This document shows, in pieces, positions 17,153 to 25,619 of a DNA stretch of 39,122 nucleotides. The DNA is from Candidatus Barnesiella excrementipullorum (GTDB taxonomy: Bacteria > Bacteroidota > Bacteroidia > Bacteroidales > Barnesiellaceae_A): positions 1 to 39,122 of the forward strand of contig DXFB01000160.1 in assembly GCA_019114665.1 (NCBI GenBank). The letters run 5' to 3'. Each line of letters opens with the position of its first letter. Positions within the stretch are counted from its first letter, which is position 1. The position numbers and the translations under genes are program-made. A model generated the notes under the pieces. The model was given only the letters and a program-made list of their open reading frames with translations, was not told the origin of the DNA and made no database searches.

Positions 17153-18532
17153 TCATCGTTTTACAACCTCGGTCGTTCCATCGGCATAAGCGATACGAAC
17201 GATATAACGGGCTCCCGAAACGGGCAAAGCGACAACTGCATCGCAACCACTCACCGCAACCTGCGAAAGCAAGTTACCGCCGAAGTCATATACTGCCACT
17301 TGTGCCATCTCCTTTTGCGTCGTCAACAAGAGCGATTGCGAGCCGCGCACAACCTTGGCAACAGATACCTTTGTCAAACCTACGCCCGACACATCGATAC
17401 CTACGATATGGAATGCGCCCCAATCCATGTCGGCCTCATACAGCGGCATTTTGGTGGCATCGACAGCCAAGGTCACGTTCTCTACGGCAACACCGTCAAA
17501 AGCCTCGTACCCTACCAACGGCAACGTCTGGGCAGGACAGAATATAGAATCGAGAGCCGTACAGCCCGAGAAGGCCCAGTCGCCCACAAACGTGAGGTTG
17601 TACGACAACGATACCTCCTGCAACGAGGAGCAACCGAAGAATGCCGAGGTGCGTACCTCCTGCACACTTTGCGGCAACCTCACCTGCTGCAACGATGTCG
17701 TCCCATAAAACATGCTGCCCTCGACAATATCGAGCGACCACAGGTGTGTCCAGTCGGCCTTATCGACCGCCGTGTACATAAAGGCACCCTCGCCTATGCT
17801 GCCAACCGATTGCGGCAACTCTACGGCCGAAAGGTTTGAACAAGAGGCGAAAGCATAATCGCCTATGGTAGAGAGGCGCGTTGCGGCAGAAAAGTCGAGC
17901 GCACCCAATTGTGCATTACCGCGGAATACATCGCTACCCAAAGTTTCCAGCGAAGAACCGGCGGCCACATCGAAACTCATCATGACAACATCATAAGCAA
18001 AAGCCGCATCTCCTATCTCTACAACCGAAGCCGGCAAAACGAATTGACGCAGACGATTGCAACGCGAGAATGCTCCATTGCCTATGTATTGCAGCTCCTG
18101 CAACGACTCGACATTGGTTTCACGCAAGACATTGCACAAATAGAAGGCATTGTCTCCTATACTGCGTGTCGAAAGAGGAGCCGAGAAAGAGGTCATCCTA
18201 TTCATACCGAACGACTCTTGCGGCCGGGAAAAGGCATTGGCCGGGATAGCATCGGCTGCATAGGCCGTGCCCTCTACTTCGCAAGCCGCAATGGTAGCTT
18301 CCGTCATATCGATAGAAGAGATACGCGTAAGGCTATCGCGGATAAAGAAGAAGTCGCGAGCATCCACCGTACCTGTGATTTTCATATCGCTCAACGTAGT
18401 ATACTCCTCCTGCGGTACAAGCTCCGAGAGCGTACCGGGTTGCGTCACCATAAATTCTGTCACATCTTGCGCCGTTGCAGCAAGAGAAGCAAAGAGCAAC
18501 AAAGCTCCCATGAGGCATCTGTTATTTTTCAT
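17153..18532 (-). CDS. BspA-type leucine-rich repeat protein with T9SS C-terminal sorting domain
   Basis: 459-aa ORF with signal peptide 'LLLFASLAATAQD'. Repeated units match the BspA-like LRR pattern: 'IGDNAFYLCNVL', 'IGNGAFSRCNRLRQFVLPASV', 'IGDAAFAY', 'IGDYAFASCSNLSAVELPQSV', 'IGEGAFMY' and 'VGDWAFSGCTALDSI'. The C-terminus 'VAVYDFGGNLLSQV...ARYIVRIAYADGTTEVVKR' is CTD-like. Confidence 0.8.
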   Translation of the reverse strand: MKNNRCLMGALLLFASLAATAQDVTEFMVTQPGTLSELVPQEEYTTLSDMKITGTVDARDFFFIRDSLTRISSIDMTEATIAACEVEGTAYAADAIPANAFSRPQESFGMNRMTSFSAPLSTRSIGDNAFYLCNVLRETNVESLQELQYIGNGAFSRCNRLRQFVLPASVVEIGDAAFAYDVVMMSFDVAAGSSLETLGSDVFRGNAQLGALDFSAATRLSTIGDYAFASCSNLSAVELPQSVGSIGEGAFMYTAVDKADWTHLWSLDIVEGSMFYGTTSLQQVRLPQSVQEVRTSAFFGCSSLQEVSLSYNLTFVGDWAFSGCTALDSIFCPAQTLPLVGYEAFDGVAVENVTLAVDATKMPLYEADMDWGAFHIVGIDVSGVGLTKVSVAKVVRGSQSLLLTTQKEMAQVAVYDFGGNLLSQVAVSGCDAVVALPVSGARYIVRIAYADGTTEVVKR

Positions 18533-18535
18533 ATA

Positions 18536-19588
18536 TTACAGTATATCAAATTTATAATTAGTCGTATAGGAATATGTTTCACCCCGGCGCAAGCATGTCG
18601 AAGGGAAGGCGGGGTGCGAAGGTGCATCGGGATAGAACTGTGTTTCGAGGCACACTCCCGTGGCAGGCAACAGAGGCTCACCCTGTTTTCCCTCGGTACC
18701 GGGAAGAAAACCTGCCGAGTAGAACAAAACCGCGGGAAGCGACGTATCGACAACCATGCGCCGCCCGCTGGCCGGATGCGACAGGAGTGCAGCTCTGCGC
18801 ATAACCCCGGGCTCTCCCAAGAGATAGCAATGATTGTATCCGCGATTCCACTCCAATTGCCGGTGCGTCATGTGCAAGCTGTCGCCTATGGCATGGGCAT
18901 GAGTAAAATCGAACGGCGTACCCTCGACAGAGCAAAGCCGACCGGTAGGGATAAACGAAGCATCGGTATCGAGCATCGTATCGGAACATATCTGCAACAG
19001 ATGGTCGTCGACAGGTCGCGCGTTGCCCGAAAGATTAAAATATGCGTGGTTGGTCATATTGATGCACGTGTCACGGTCTGTCACAGCCCGGTGGCATATC
19101 GAGAGGTTGTGACTGTCATCGAAACAATAATCGACCTCGGCATGTACTTCACCGGGGAAACCACCCTCCAAATGGGGAGATACCAGTGTAAAACGTATGC
19201 CCTGCGGCAACCATTGCCAGCCCCACACCCGGCGGTTCCATCCGTGAAACCCGCCGTGGTTGGTATTGACCCCGTCATTCGCGTCAAGCCTATACTCCAC
19301 ACCACCTATCACCACACGGGCACGGGCTATGCGGTTGGCATACCGCCCTACCGTAGCTCCTATATAACAGGTATCGTCTATGTAGCCCTGCGCCGAAGGG
19401 TATCCCAGCAGCACATCGGCCAACCGTCCCCGGGCATCGGGCATGCAAGCCGACACCCACGTTGCACCGAGGTTCGTCAGTTCTACATAGGCGCCGTCGG
19501 CGGCCGTCAGGCGAAACAAAAAGAGCGGCTCGCCGGCATATTCGCCCCATTGTTTATAACTCAACTCCATATACGCTCCTATAAGCAT
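18536..19588 (-). CDS. galM: aldose 1-epimerase (galactose mutarotase)
   Basis: 350-aa ORF with a possible true start at 'MELSYKQ' (19570). Mutarotase signatures are 'GATVGRYANRIA', 'NTNHGGFHGWNRRVW', 'MTNHAYFNL' and 'GVCLETQFYPDAP'. There is no signal peptide. The stop is 3 nt from the LRR gene start. Confidence 0.85.
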   Translation of the reverse strand: MLIGAYMELSYKQWGEYAGEPLFLFRLTAADGAYVELTNLGATWVSACMPDARGRLADVLLGYPSAQGYIDDTCYIGATVGRYANRIARARVVIGGVEYRLDANDGVNTNHGGFHGWNRRVWGWQWLPQGIRFTLVSPHLEGGFPGEVHAEVDYCFDDSHNLSICHRAVTDRDTCINMTNHAYFNLSGNARPVDDHLLQICSDTMLDTDASFIPTGRLCSVEGTPFDFTHAHAIGDSLHMTHRQLEWNRGYNHCYLLGEPGVMRRAALLSHPASGRRMVVDTSLPAVLFYSAGFLPGTEGKQGEPLLPATGVCLETQFYPDAPSHPAFPSTCLRRGETYSYTTNYKFDIL

Positions 19589-19600
19589 TCGCTCTATTCC

Positions 19601-19626
19601 TCACCCGGCAAAACCATGCCGGGTGA
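19601..19626 (-). other. intergenic stem-loop between the GH27-like gene and galM
   Basis: TCACCCGGC / GCCGGGTGA form a 9-bp stem with an 8-nt loop. No U-tract follows on the minus strand, so this is not a canonical terminator. Confidence 0.4.
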
Positions 19627-19647
19627 AAGGAAAAAGAGAGCTCAGAT

Positions 19648-21915
19648 TTATTTGATGAACTTATAAGCAATGCTGCTACCTTCGGTATCCATACCGCGAT
19701 AGAGATAAACACCTTTACCCAGCGCAGCCACATCTACTTCGTTGTGAAGGCCATGCACCTGCAACTGGCAGACACCAGCCACATCATATACCACGCTGTC
19801 GACAACCGATGCATTTCCTGCAAATCGCAGCATCTGGGAGGCCGCATCATAGTAGCACGCTGTTGCATCGCCGCTTACCGCAGCCACACGGCTGTCATCA
19901 TAAGGATATATCTTGTAAAGGAGAGCATCGTAACGATGCACTACAACCGTCCATGTATCATCACTTATATCCTTGTCGCCGGTCCACAATTCGTGGAACA
20001 TATACTTCACGCCGGGAGTAAGCCCCAAACGACCGAAATCGAAAACACAATCGCGTTTCTGTATCGTGTAGTTAAAAGCGGCCACATAAAGCGTATCACC
20101 CACATTATACATAAACATATCGGCAGCTCCATCACCGACAACACTCTCTACGGGCTTGAAAGCCTTCGTCACACGAGCCACTTCATTGACATCACGATTG
20201 GTGGTGAACATACGTGCCCGTTCTTTGGCTGTTTCAGAACCTTCGTTGCTGAAATCGTCACCCAAGATAAAAATACCTGTAATGACCGATGAGGTTACCC
20301 TTGCGCGGTTTTCCATATACGTAGCGCCATTGAGCACCACGTGGTCGGCATCGTTATAAGAATATACATGGTCGAGCCACCAGCCATAGGTAAGCGAGTT
20401 GAGGGTATATTCGGTCTCCGAGATGCTGCGGTAAGAGTCGCAACCGATACGGCGGCTATGAGCATAATTGGCCGGGAAGAGGGGGGCAATAGAGAGGTTG
20501 ATAAACATGCGGTCGCCCACCAGCTCATTGAGGTACTGCATTCCTTGCGAATAGGCTTGGATGCCGGTAAACACCTCGGGGTCGTAGTGCTTGCCCTCTA
20601 ACGCGCCGTGCGACATGAAATCTATCTTGACAAACTCATATCCCCAATCGAGGAACTGCCCAAACTGATATGCCATGCGAGCCCGCGTAGCAGGATGCGT
20701 GGGGTCGAGAGCATATCCGCCGTCTATCTCCTGCACCTTGCCGTTGTTGTCATAGAGGTAACAATCGCCATATTTATATTGATTATTTGTTCCGGGAACA
20801 TATACATCGGGATTTTTACCCCACTCGGTAAAGGGTGTCCAGTAGATACCTGCCTTTTGGCCGGCTTGGTTGCAACGGCGCACAAACGACATGTGATTGC
20901 GGATAGAGAAGCCATAATCCCAGAAAGAATCAAGTCCTATAAAAACAGTACTGTCGGCATTGAGGAAACCGGCAGGTTGCAGTTCATTGGCAAAGAAATC
21001 TGAAACGGCACATGCCTTGTCGTAGTTGATATCGTCTTGTATCGCACCCCAACTGTTCCAACCGAAGGGTTTGGCAAACTTGCAAGCAAGAGGCGGTGCC
21101 ACCGAGGCGCAAAGGTCGGCATAAGTCTCCATACCGGTACGCCAGTCATCGAAGTATCCTACCATCACCATAGGCGATTTGACCGTCTTGCCAACCACTG
21201 CGCCATGCGGAAGCACATCGTGAGTAATCTCGTATGATACAGCACCTCCATAAACCGTCAGCGACTGCAAGTCGGCACTGCCCGAAGTCTCGGCAGCGAT
21301 ACCCGTTTTCCATACATCGTGCTCTATGGCTCCCGTCACCAATCCTTGACGGGTGTCGGCATTAAAGAGAGCCGATACATTGAAACTCAATGGATGCGAA
21401 GTGCCAAAAGAGGTGGTCTTGTAACGCACCCACATGTCGTTATCGAAGGGTACAAAGAGCGCATAATTGGGTTCTCCGTCTAACACCTGCGCAGCAGCAC
21501 CTGCATGCACGGGAGCCATATAATTGATAGTCAGATCCTCATCGGATGTGACAGAAAACTGGGTGAGGACAAAATCCTTATCCTCATATATATTGTATGA
21601 ATGTGTAATCTCTGTTATAGGTTGGGCCGTTGTACGCCCCTTTACAACAAGCTGTACGCCTGTACCGGTCTCGTCGCTCAACTGTGAACTCGAAATCGTT
21701 ATATCGGTAAGAGATGAATAAGAGAGTCTGTTGTCATTAAGCCCCCAAACGGCTTCGTTCGAAGAAAGAATCACACGTTCGCCACGCGAGAGAGTAGCCT
21801 TTCCGTCGGCACCTACCGCAAGTGTCCAATCGCCGGCCGTGATGGTCTCTTGTGCATGTGTATGCAACGACAAACAAGAGAGTAAGAAAAAAGATAATAA
21901 CAAGGAATTTCTCAT
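19648..21915 (-). CDS. clan GH-D alpha-galactosidase-like enzyme (GH27/GH36-related) with N-terminal beta-rich domain and T9SS C-terminal sorting domain
   Basis: Start chosen at 'MRNSLLLSFFLLSCLSLHTHAQE' (ATG 21915), not the listed 21975. The barrel entry motif 'KPFGWNSWGA' is GH27-like. 'YALDPTHPATRA' and 'YEFVKIDFMSHG' resemble clan-D nucleophile-region motifs. The C-terminus 'VVYDVAGVCQLQV...GKGVYLYRGMDTEGSSIAYKFIK' is CTD-like. Confidence 0.7.
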   Translation of the reverse strand: MRNSLLLSFFLLSCLSLHTHAQETITAGDWTLAVGADGKATLSRGERVILSSNEAVWGLNDNRLSYSSLTDITISSSQLSDETGTGVQLVVKGRTTAQPITEITHSYNIYEDKDFVLTQFSVTSDEDLTINYMAPVHAGAAAQVLDGEPNYALFVPFDNDMWVRYKTTSFGTSHPLSFNVSALFNADTRQGLVTGAIEHDVWKTGIAAETSGSADLQSLTVYGGAVSYEITHDVLPHGAVVGKTVKSPMVMVGYFDDWRTGMETYADLCASVAPPLACKFAKPFGWNSWGAIQDDINYDKACAVSDFFANELQPAGFLNADSTVFIGLDSFWDYGFSIRNHMSFVRRCNQAGQKAGIYWTPFTEWGKNPDVYVPGTNNQYKYGDCYLYDNNGKVQEIDGGYALDPTHPATRARMAYQFGQFLDWGYEFVKIDFMSHGALEGKHYDPEVFTGIQAYSQGMQYLNELVGDRMFINLSIAPLFPANYAHSRRIGCDSYRSISETEYTLNSLTYGWWLDHVYSYNDADHVVLNGATYMENRARVTSSVITGIFILGDDFSNEGSETAKERARMFTTNRDVNEVARVTKAFKPVESVVGDGAADMFMYNVGDTLYVAAFNYTIQKRDCVFDFGRLGLTPGVKYMFHELWTGDKDISDDTWTVVVHRYDALLYKIYPYDDSRVAAVSGDATACYYDAASQMLRFAGNASVVDSVVYDVAGVCQLQVHGLHNEVDVAALGKGVYLYRGMDTEGSSIAYKFIK

Positions 21916-21967
21916 AGCTAAACAGATAAAGATATAGAAAAGAGGATATCTTCCAAGATGAAATATG

Positions 21968-22001
21968 AAATCCACGCGGCGCGGACACGCCGCGTGGATT
22001 T
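21968..22001 (-). terminator. GC-rich intrinsic terminator/attenuator after the FG-GAP gene
   Basis: AAATCCACGCGGCG / CGCCGCGTGGATTT form a perfect 14-bp stem with a 6-nt loop. A T-rich run follows on the minus strand (TTTCATATTTCATCTT). Confidence 0.7.
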
Positions 22002-22083
22002 ATATGAGAAGAACCCACACTCGGTCTCTAAACCGATATAAACACTAAAAGGGAGGAGCCCGGAATGGGGTTCAAGAAGGTTA

Positions 22084-23937
22084 TCAGAGAACTACTTTGT
22101 CAACAGCTACACCGTCAGCAGCATTTACTTTCACTACATAAACGCCACCTTGCAAAGCAACCTCGGCAACACCGTTGGCTGCGCAGTTACCGGCAGCAAC
22201 TTGTGCACCATTTACGCTGTAAACTGCATACGAAACAACGGCATCGCTACCATTAACGATGTTGATTTCGCCATTAGCCACAAACGTCTTAACGCTCTCG
22301 CTCTCTACAGCATTCACACCAGCTGTTGCATTGGTAAAGGTGCTACCGCAGAAAGAGTTGTCGACAGCTTGTACACCAAACGTATAATCGTTGATGTTCA
22401 TACCTTTGAAACGATACGAGAGAGTGTTGAGCAAAGCATTCGTACGGTTTACTTTGAGGAAACCGGTGTTAATGTCGGCAGGTGACAAGCAGAAAATCTT
22501 ACCGTCGTTGCCTTTGGCATAAACGTTGTAACGAAGAGCCTCAGAAGGAGTCGTATCATCGGTAGCAGCTTGCCATGTAAGAACAACATCGGCACCCTCT
22601 TGTTTAACGCTGGTTACCTGCGGTGCAGTGGGAGCTGCATTAGCAGCGAAAGTACCGGTATTTACAACCAAATAGTTGGGCCAAGTAGGATTCTCGGGCG
22701 TATCACCACCACCGTCGCGATAACCGAAGAGTGAAATATCGAGCTTGCCATCGTTGTTGTAATCGACGAAAGTGATGTCACCGTCACGGGCACGGGCTGC
22801 ATCGGGATATACCTCTGTGGCATCTGTAAATGAGTTGTCGCCGTTGTTGAGGAAAAGTTTAACGGGGCTTCCGTTGCACCAGCCGATAGACATATAGTCC
22901 ATCCAACCGTCGTTGTTGATATCGCCGAAACCTACCGAGCTGTTAGAACCAGCCAAGCCGGTAACTGTCTCATCGAGAGAGGTAAATGATGTGCCGTCGC
23001 CATTGTTGATATAAACGCGGGCTACATGACCCCAGCTCAATGTAGAGGCGCTGCGGCCTGTCTCTATGATATCCATCTTGCCATCGTTGTTGACATCGAT
23101 GGGGAAGAGTGTACCTTGGTGCGAACCAAAACCGAAACCTGTTACAGCTGTAAAGGTCATGTCGCCATCGTTGAGGTAAACGGTAGGCGTACCGGCATCA
23201 CCCATATCATCGTTGTAACCGCCGATAACGAAGTCCATCAAACCATCGTTGTTGAAGTCGGCTGCATAAACGGTCGTACCGCTCATGGGGATGAACTCGG
23301 GATTAGACATCAGCTCGAAAGAACCATTTTGCGTATTGCGGAACAAACCGATATAACGCATAGTGGTCTCGAAAGGAGCATAACCGCTTACGAGCAAGTC
23401 GGTCCAACCGTCATTGTCGAAATCGGCAGCGGCGAAGAGGATACCCTTGCAATCTTGTCCGTCGGGAGAGAGTTGCGGGAGCAAATCTTCGATATCATAA
23501 TTTTCTACCAAATTATAATTGCCCGAAGGACCTTCGTTGTGGAAGAAATAAGTCATTGAGGTAGAAGCCTCGTTGCCATCCATTCTACCGGCAACAATCA
23601 GGTCGAGACAACCATCATTGTCATAATCAATCCAAGCGGCAGCTCCTACCGAAAGCTGAGCAAAAAACAAGTCGGTTTCTTCTGTAACGTTCGTGAAAGT
23701 GCCGTCTGTTTCCTGACGATACAAACCTACGTGCGGGCCTTGTCCCTGACCGGCTACGATAAAATAGTCCATCAGACCGTCGTTGTTATAGTCGGCCCAT
23801 GCCAACGTACCGGCAGCCGTCATTTCAGAAGCAAAAGCAACATCAGTTTTCACCTCGAAAGAGGGTGCTACCGGAGCCGCCATAGCTACCATGGCAGTTC
23901 CTACTGCCAAAGAAGCGAGTAATTGTCTTTTTTTCAT
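22084..23937 (-). CDS. FG-GAP/VCBS repeat beta-propeller protein with Fn3-like module and T9SS C-terminal sorting domain
   Basis: Start chosen at 'MKKRQLLASLAVGTAMVAMA' (ATG 23937). There are seven DxNxDGxxD-type repeats: 'WADYNNDGLMDYFIVAG', 'WIDYDNDGCLDLIVAG', 'AADFDNDGWTDLLVSG', 'AADFNNDGLMDFVIGG', 'PIDVNNDGKMDIIETG', 'FGDINNDGWMDYMSIG' and 'FVDYNNDGKLDISLFG'. 'PTAPQVTSVKQEGADVVLTWQAATDD' is Fn3-like. The tail 'YAVYSVNGAQV...GGVYVVKVNAADGVAVDKVVL' is CTD-like. Confidence 0.8.
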   Translation of the reverse strand: MKKRQLLASLAVGTAMVAMAAPVAPSFEVKTDVAFASEMTAAGTLAWADYNNDGLMDYFIVAGQGQGPHVGLYRQETDGTFTNVTEETDLFFAQLSVGAAAWIDYDNDGCLDLIVAGRMDGNEASTSMTYFFHNEGPSGNYNLVENYDIEDLLPQLSPDGQDCKGILFAAADFDNDGWTDLLVSGYAPFETTMRYIGLFRNTQNGSFELMSNPEFIPMSGTTVYAADFNNDGLMDFVIGGYNDDMGDAGTPTVYLNDGDMTFTAVTGFGFGSHQGTLFPIDVNNDGKMDIIETGRSASTLSWGHVARVYINNGDGTSFTSLDETVTGLAGSNSSVGFGDINNDGWMDYMSIGWCNGSPVKLFLNNGDNSFTDATEVYPDAARARDGDITFVDYNNDGKLDISLFGYRDGGGDTPENPTWPNYLVVNTGTFAANAAPTAPQVTSVKQEGADVVLTWQAATDDTTPSEALRYNVYAKGNDGKIFCLSPADINTGFLKVNRTNALLNTLSYRFKGMNINDYTFGVQAVDNSFCGSTFTNATAGVNAVESESVKTFVANGEINIVNGSDAVVSYAVYSVNGAQVAAGNCAANGVAEVALQGGVYVVKVNAADGVAVDKVVL

Positions 23938-23978
23938 AATGAATAGAATTAAAATGTTAAACAAATTATCTAAGAAAT

Positions 23979-24011
23979 CCATGCGGGTCAATCACGGAGA
24001 GACCCGCATGG
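23979..24011 (-). other. intergenic stem-loop downstream of the SusD-like gene
   Basis: CCATGCGGGTC / GACCCGCATGG form an 11-bp stem with an 11-nt loop, beginning 20 nt after the SusD-like stop. ATTTCTTAGATAATTTGTTT follows on the minus strand. It may be a partial terminator or an RNA-stability element. Confidence 0.5.
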
Positions 24012-24030
24012 CGATACAGAGAAGAAGTTA

Positions 24031-25599
24031 TTACTTCAAGCCGGGATTTTGGTCGGCCTCGGTAATAAATTCGTTTTGCGTAATTTCAGTGTATGGAATG
24101 GGGAAACGCTTGTGAGCATCGGTCATGTTGCCCGACTCGGCAGCCCACGGGTTACGCAATGTTGTGTACTCCACATATTTGCCGGTGCGGAGCAGGTCGT
24201 AACGGCGCCACATCTCGCCCATCAACTCGCGCATACGCTCGTCGAGAATCTTTGTGCGGAACTCATCGGCTCCCATACCGGGATTCCAAGCCATTTCGGC
24301 CGGCAGGTTCCAGTTCCAGGCACGAGCACGCACCTGATTGTTTACTACATTGACAGCCTCTGAGGTGTTGCCTGTCTCGTTGAGAGCCTCGGCATAGAGC
24401 AGAAGGACATCGGCATAACGCAGGTAATAGGTATTCTTACCACAGTTCCAGAAAGTTTGGTCGAGCTCGACAATGCGCTCATCCTCGTATTTCTTGATAT
24501 GCGGGTCTAACTGGTCGTCACCGAAACCGGGAGTTGCCGAAGAAGCCTGTCCGTTCCAGGTAAACTCATAGCGCAAGCTGGCATCTTTACGGGTATCGCC
24601 ATCTTCCCACACACCGCCATTGGCAACGGTGCTGTAAGCATATTGTGTAGGAACGGCCTCGTCGTAACCGCCGAAGGGGCAGCGTTGGTTCCAACCCGAA
24701 GCGGCACGCGTACCGCAGTACCATTGCAGGTAGTTGAGGTCGGTAGTGTTGTTGAAGTAGAATGTCCACAACGACTCTTGGTCACAAGAAACATTGGGGT
24801 CCCACAAGTCGCTATAATTAGTCATCAGTGAGAAACCGCCATTATTGACTATATCTTGCAAAAGTTCGAGAGCCAGGTCGTAACGACGATATTCAGAAGT
24901 CGGTTCGGCTGCCATATATACTTTGGCAAGCATAGCTTTTGCCGTCCACGTGGTGGGGATACGGCCGTCGCTTTGACGTGTATCGGGCAAATAAGTCATG
25001 GCTTTCGTATAGAGATCTACCATTTTCTTATATACCTCATTGAGCGATTTTCTGCCCGAGAGTTGCACCGAACCATCTTCGGCAATCGTTGTCAAAGGAA
25101 TTTCTCCCCAGTAGAATGTAAGCTCAAAATAAGCCGTTGCCTCATAGAAAGCAGCTTGTCCAATGTATGACTTCAACTCGGTTTGACGCGACTCTTCAAC
25201 GGTGCTGAGTTGCGGTTCGAGATAATGGAGAGCTTGAGCGGCTTGTACAGCCACGGGGAAACGCAAGTTCCAGAGCTCGGCAAAATAGGGGTTCTCGCTG
25301 TTATAAAGGGGCGAGAAGTCGTCGAATGCGCCTTTTGTAAGGTCATTGTGTTGGGCTTCACCTATTTTCAGCTCATCGGTACCGTGATTTACGCGCAAAC
25401 CTTCGCGCGAGATGCGGCACTTGCGCAAGTTGGAGTACAATCCGTTAAGATAGGGCTGAATGTTGTCCATATCCGAAAGGACTTGCTCTATGGAGAGCGA
25501 CGTTTGCGGCTCTTCAATCAGGAAATCGCTGCAAGCAGGCATAGCAGCCAAGCCTACTGCCAAAGCGAAAATATTTAATTTCTTAATAACCGATTTCAT
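24031..25599 (-). CDS. SusD/RagB family nutrient-binding outer-membrane lipoprotein
   Basis: Start chosen at 'MKSVIKKLNIFALAVGLAAMPACSD' (ATG 25599), which carries a lipobox Cys. The protein is Trp/Tyr-rich with TPR-like SusD segments: 'YRRYDLALELLQDIV', 'LRYADVLLLYAEALNE' and 'ERMRELMGEMWRRYDLLR'. It starts 20 nt downstream of the SusC-like gene. Confidence 0.9.
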   Translation of the reverse strand: MKSVIKKLNIFALAVGLAAMPACSDFLIEEPQTSLSIEQVLSDMDNIQPYLNGLYSNLRKCRISREGLRVNHGTDELKIGEAQHNDLTKGAFDDFSPLYNSENPYFAELWNLRFPVAVQAAQALHYLEPQLSTVEESRQTELKSYIGQAAFYEATAYFELTFYWGEIPLTTIAEDGSVQLSGRKSLNEVYKKMVDLYTKAMTYLPDTRQSDGRIPTTWTAKAMLAKVYMAAEPTSEYRRYDLALELLQDIVNNGGFSLMTNYSDLWDPNVSCDQESLWTFYFNNTTDLNYLQWYCGTRAASGWNQRCPFGGYDEAVPTQYAYSTVANGGVWEDGDTRKDASLRYEFTWNGQASSATPGFGDDQLDPHIKKYEDERIVELDQTFWNCGKNTYYLRYADVLLLYAEALNETGNTSEAVNVVNNQVRARAWNWNLPAEMAWNPGMGADEFRTKILDERMRELMGEMWRRYDLLRTGKYVEYTTLRNPWAAESGNMTDAHKRFPIPYTEITQNEFITEADQNPGLK

Positions 25600-25619
25600 A
25601 ATGGTATAGTATTTAAGGA

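Noticed and set aside
21916-21975. Upstream extensions of several ORFs: the GH27-like gene (21916-21975), the FG-GAP gene (23938-23991), the SusD-like gene (25600-25644) and GH95 (35706-35747).
   Set aside because: In each case an internal Met is followed immediately by a canonical signal or lipoprotein peptide. The extensions are hydrophobic or aromatic nonsense that overlaps intergenic regulatory DNA.
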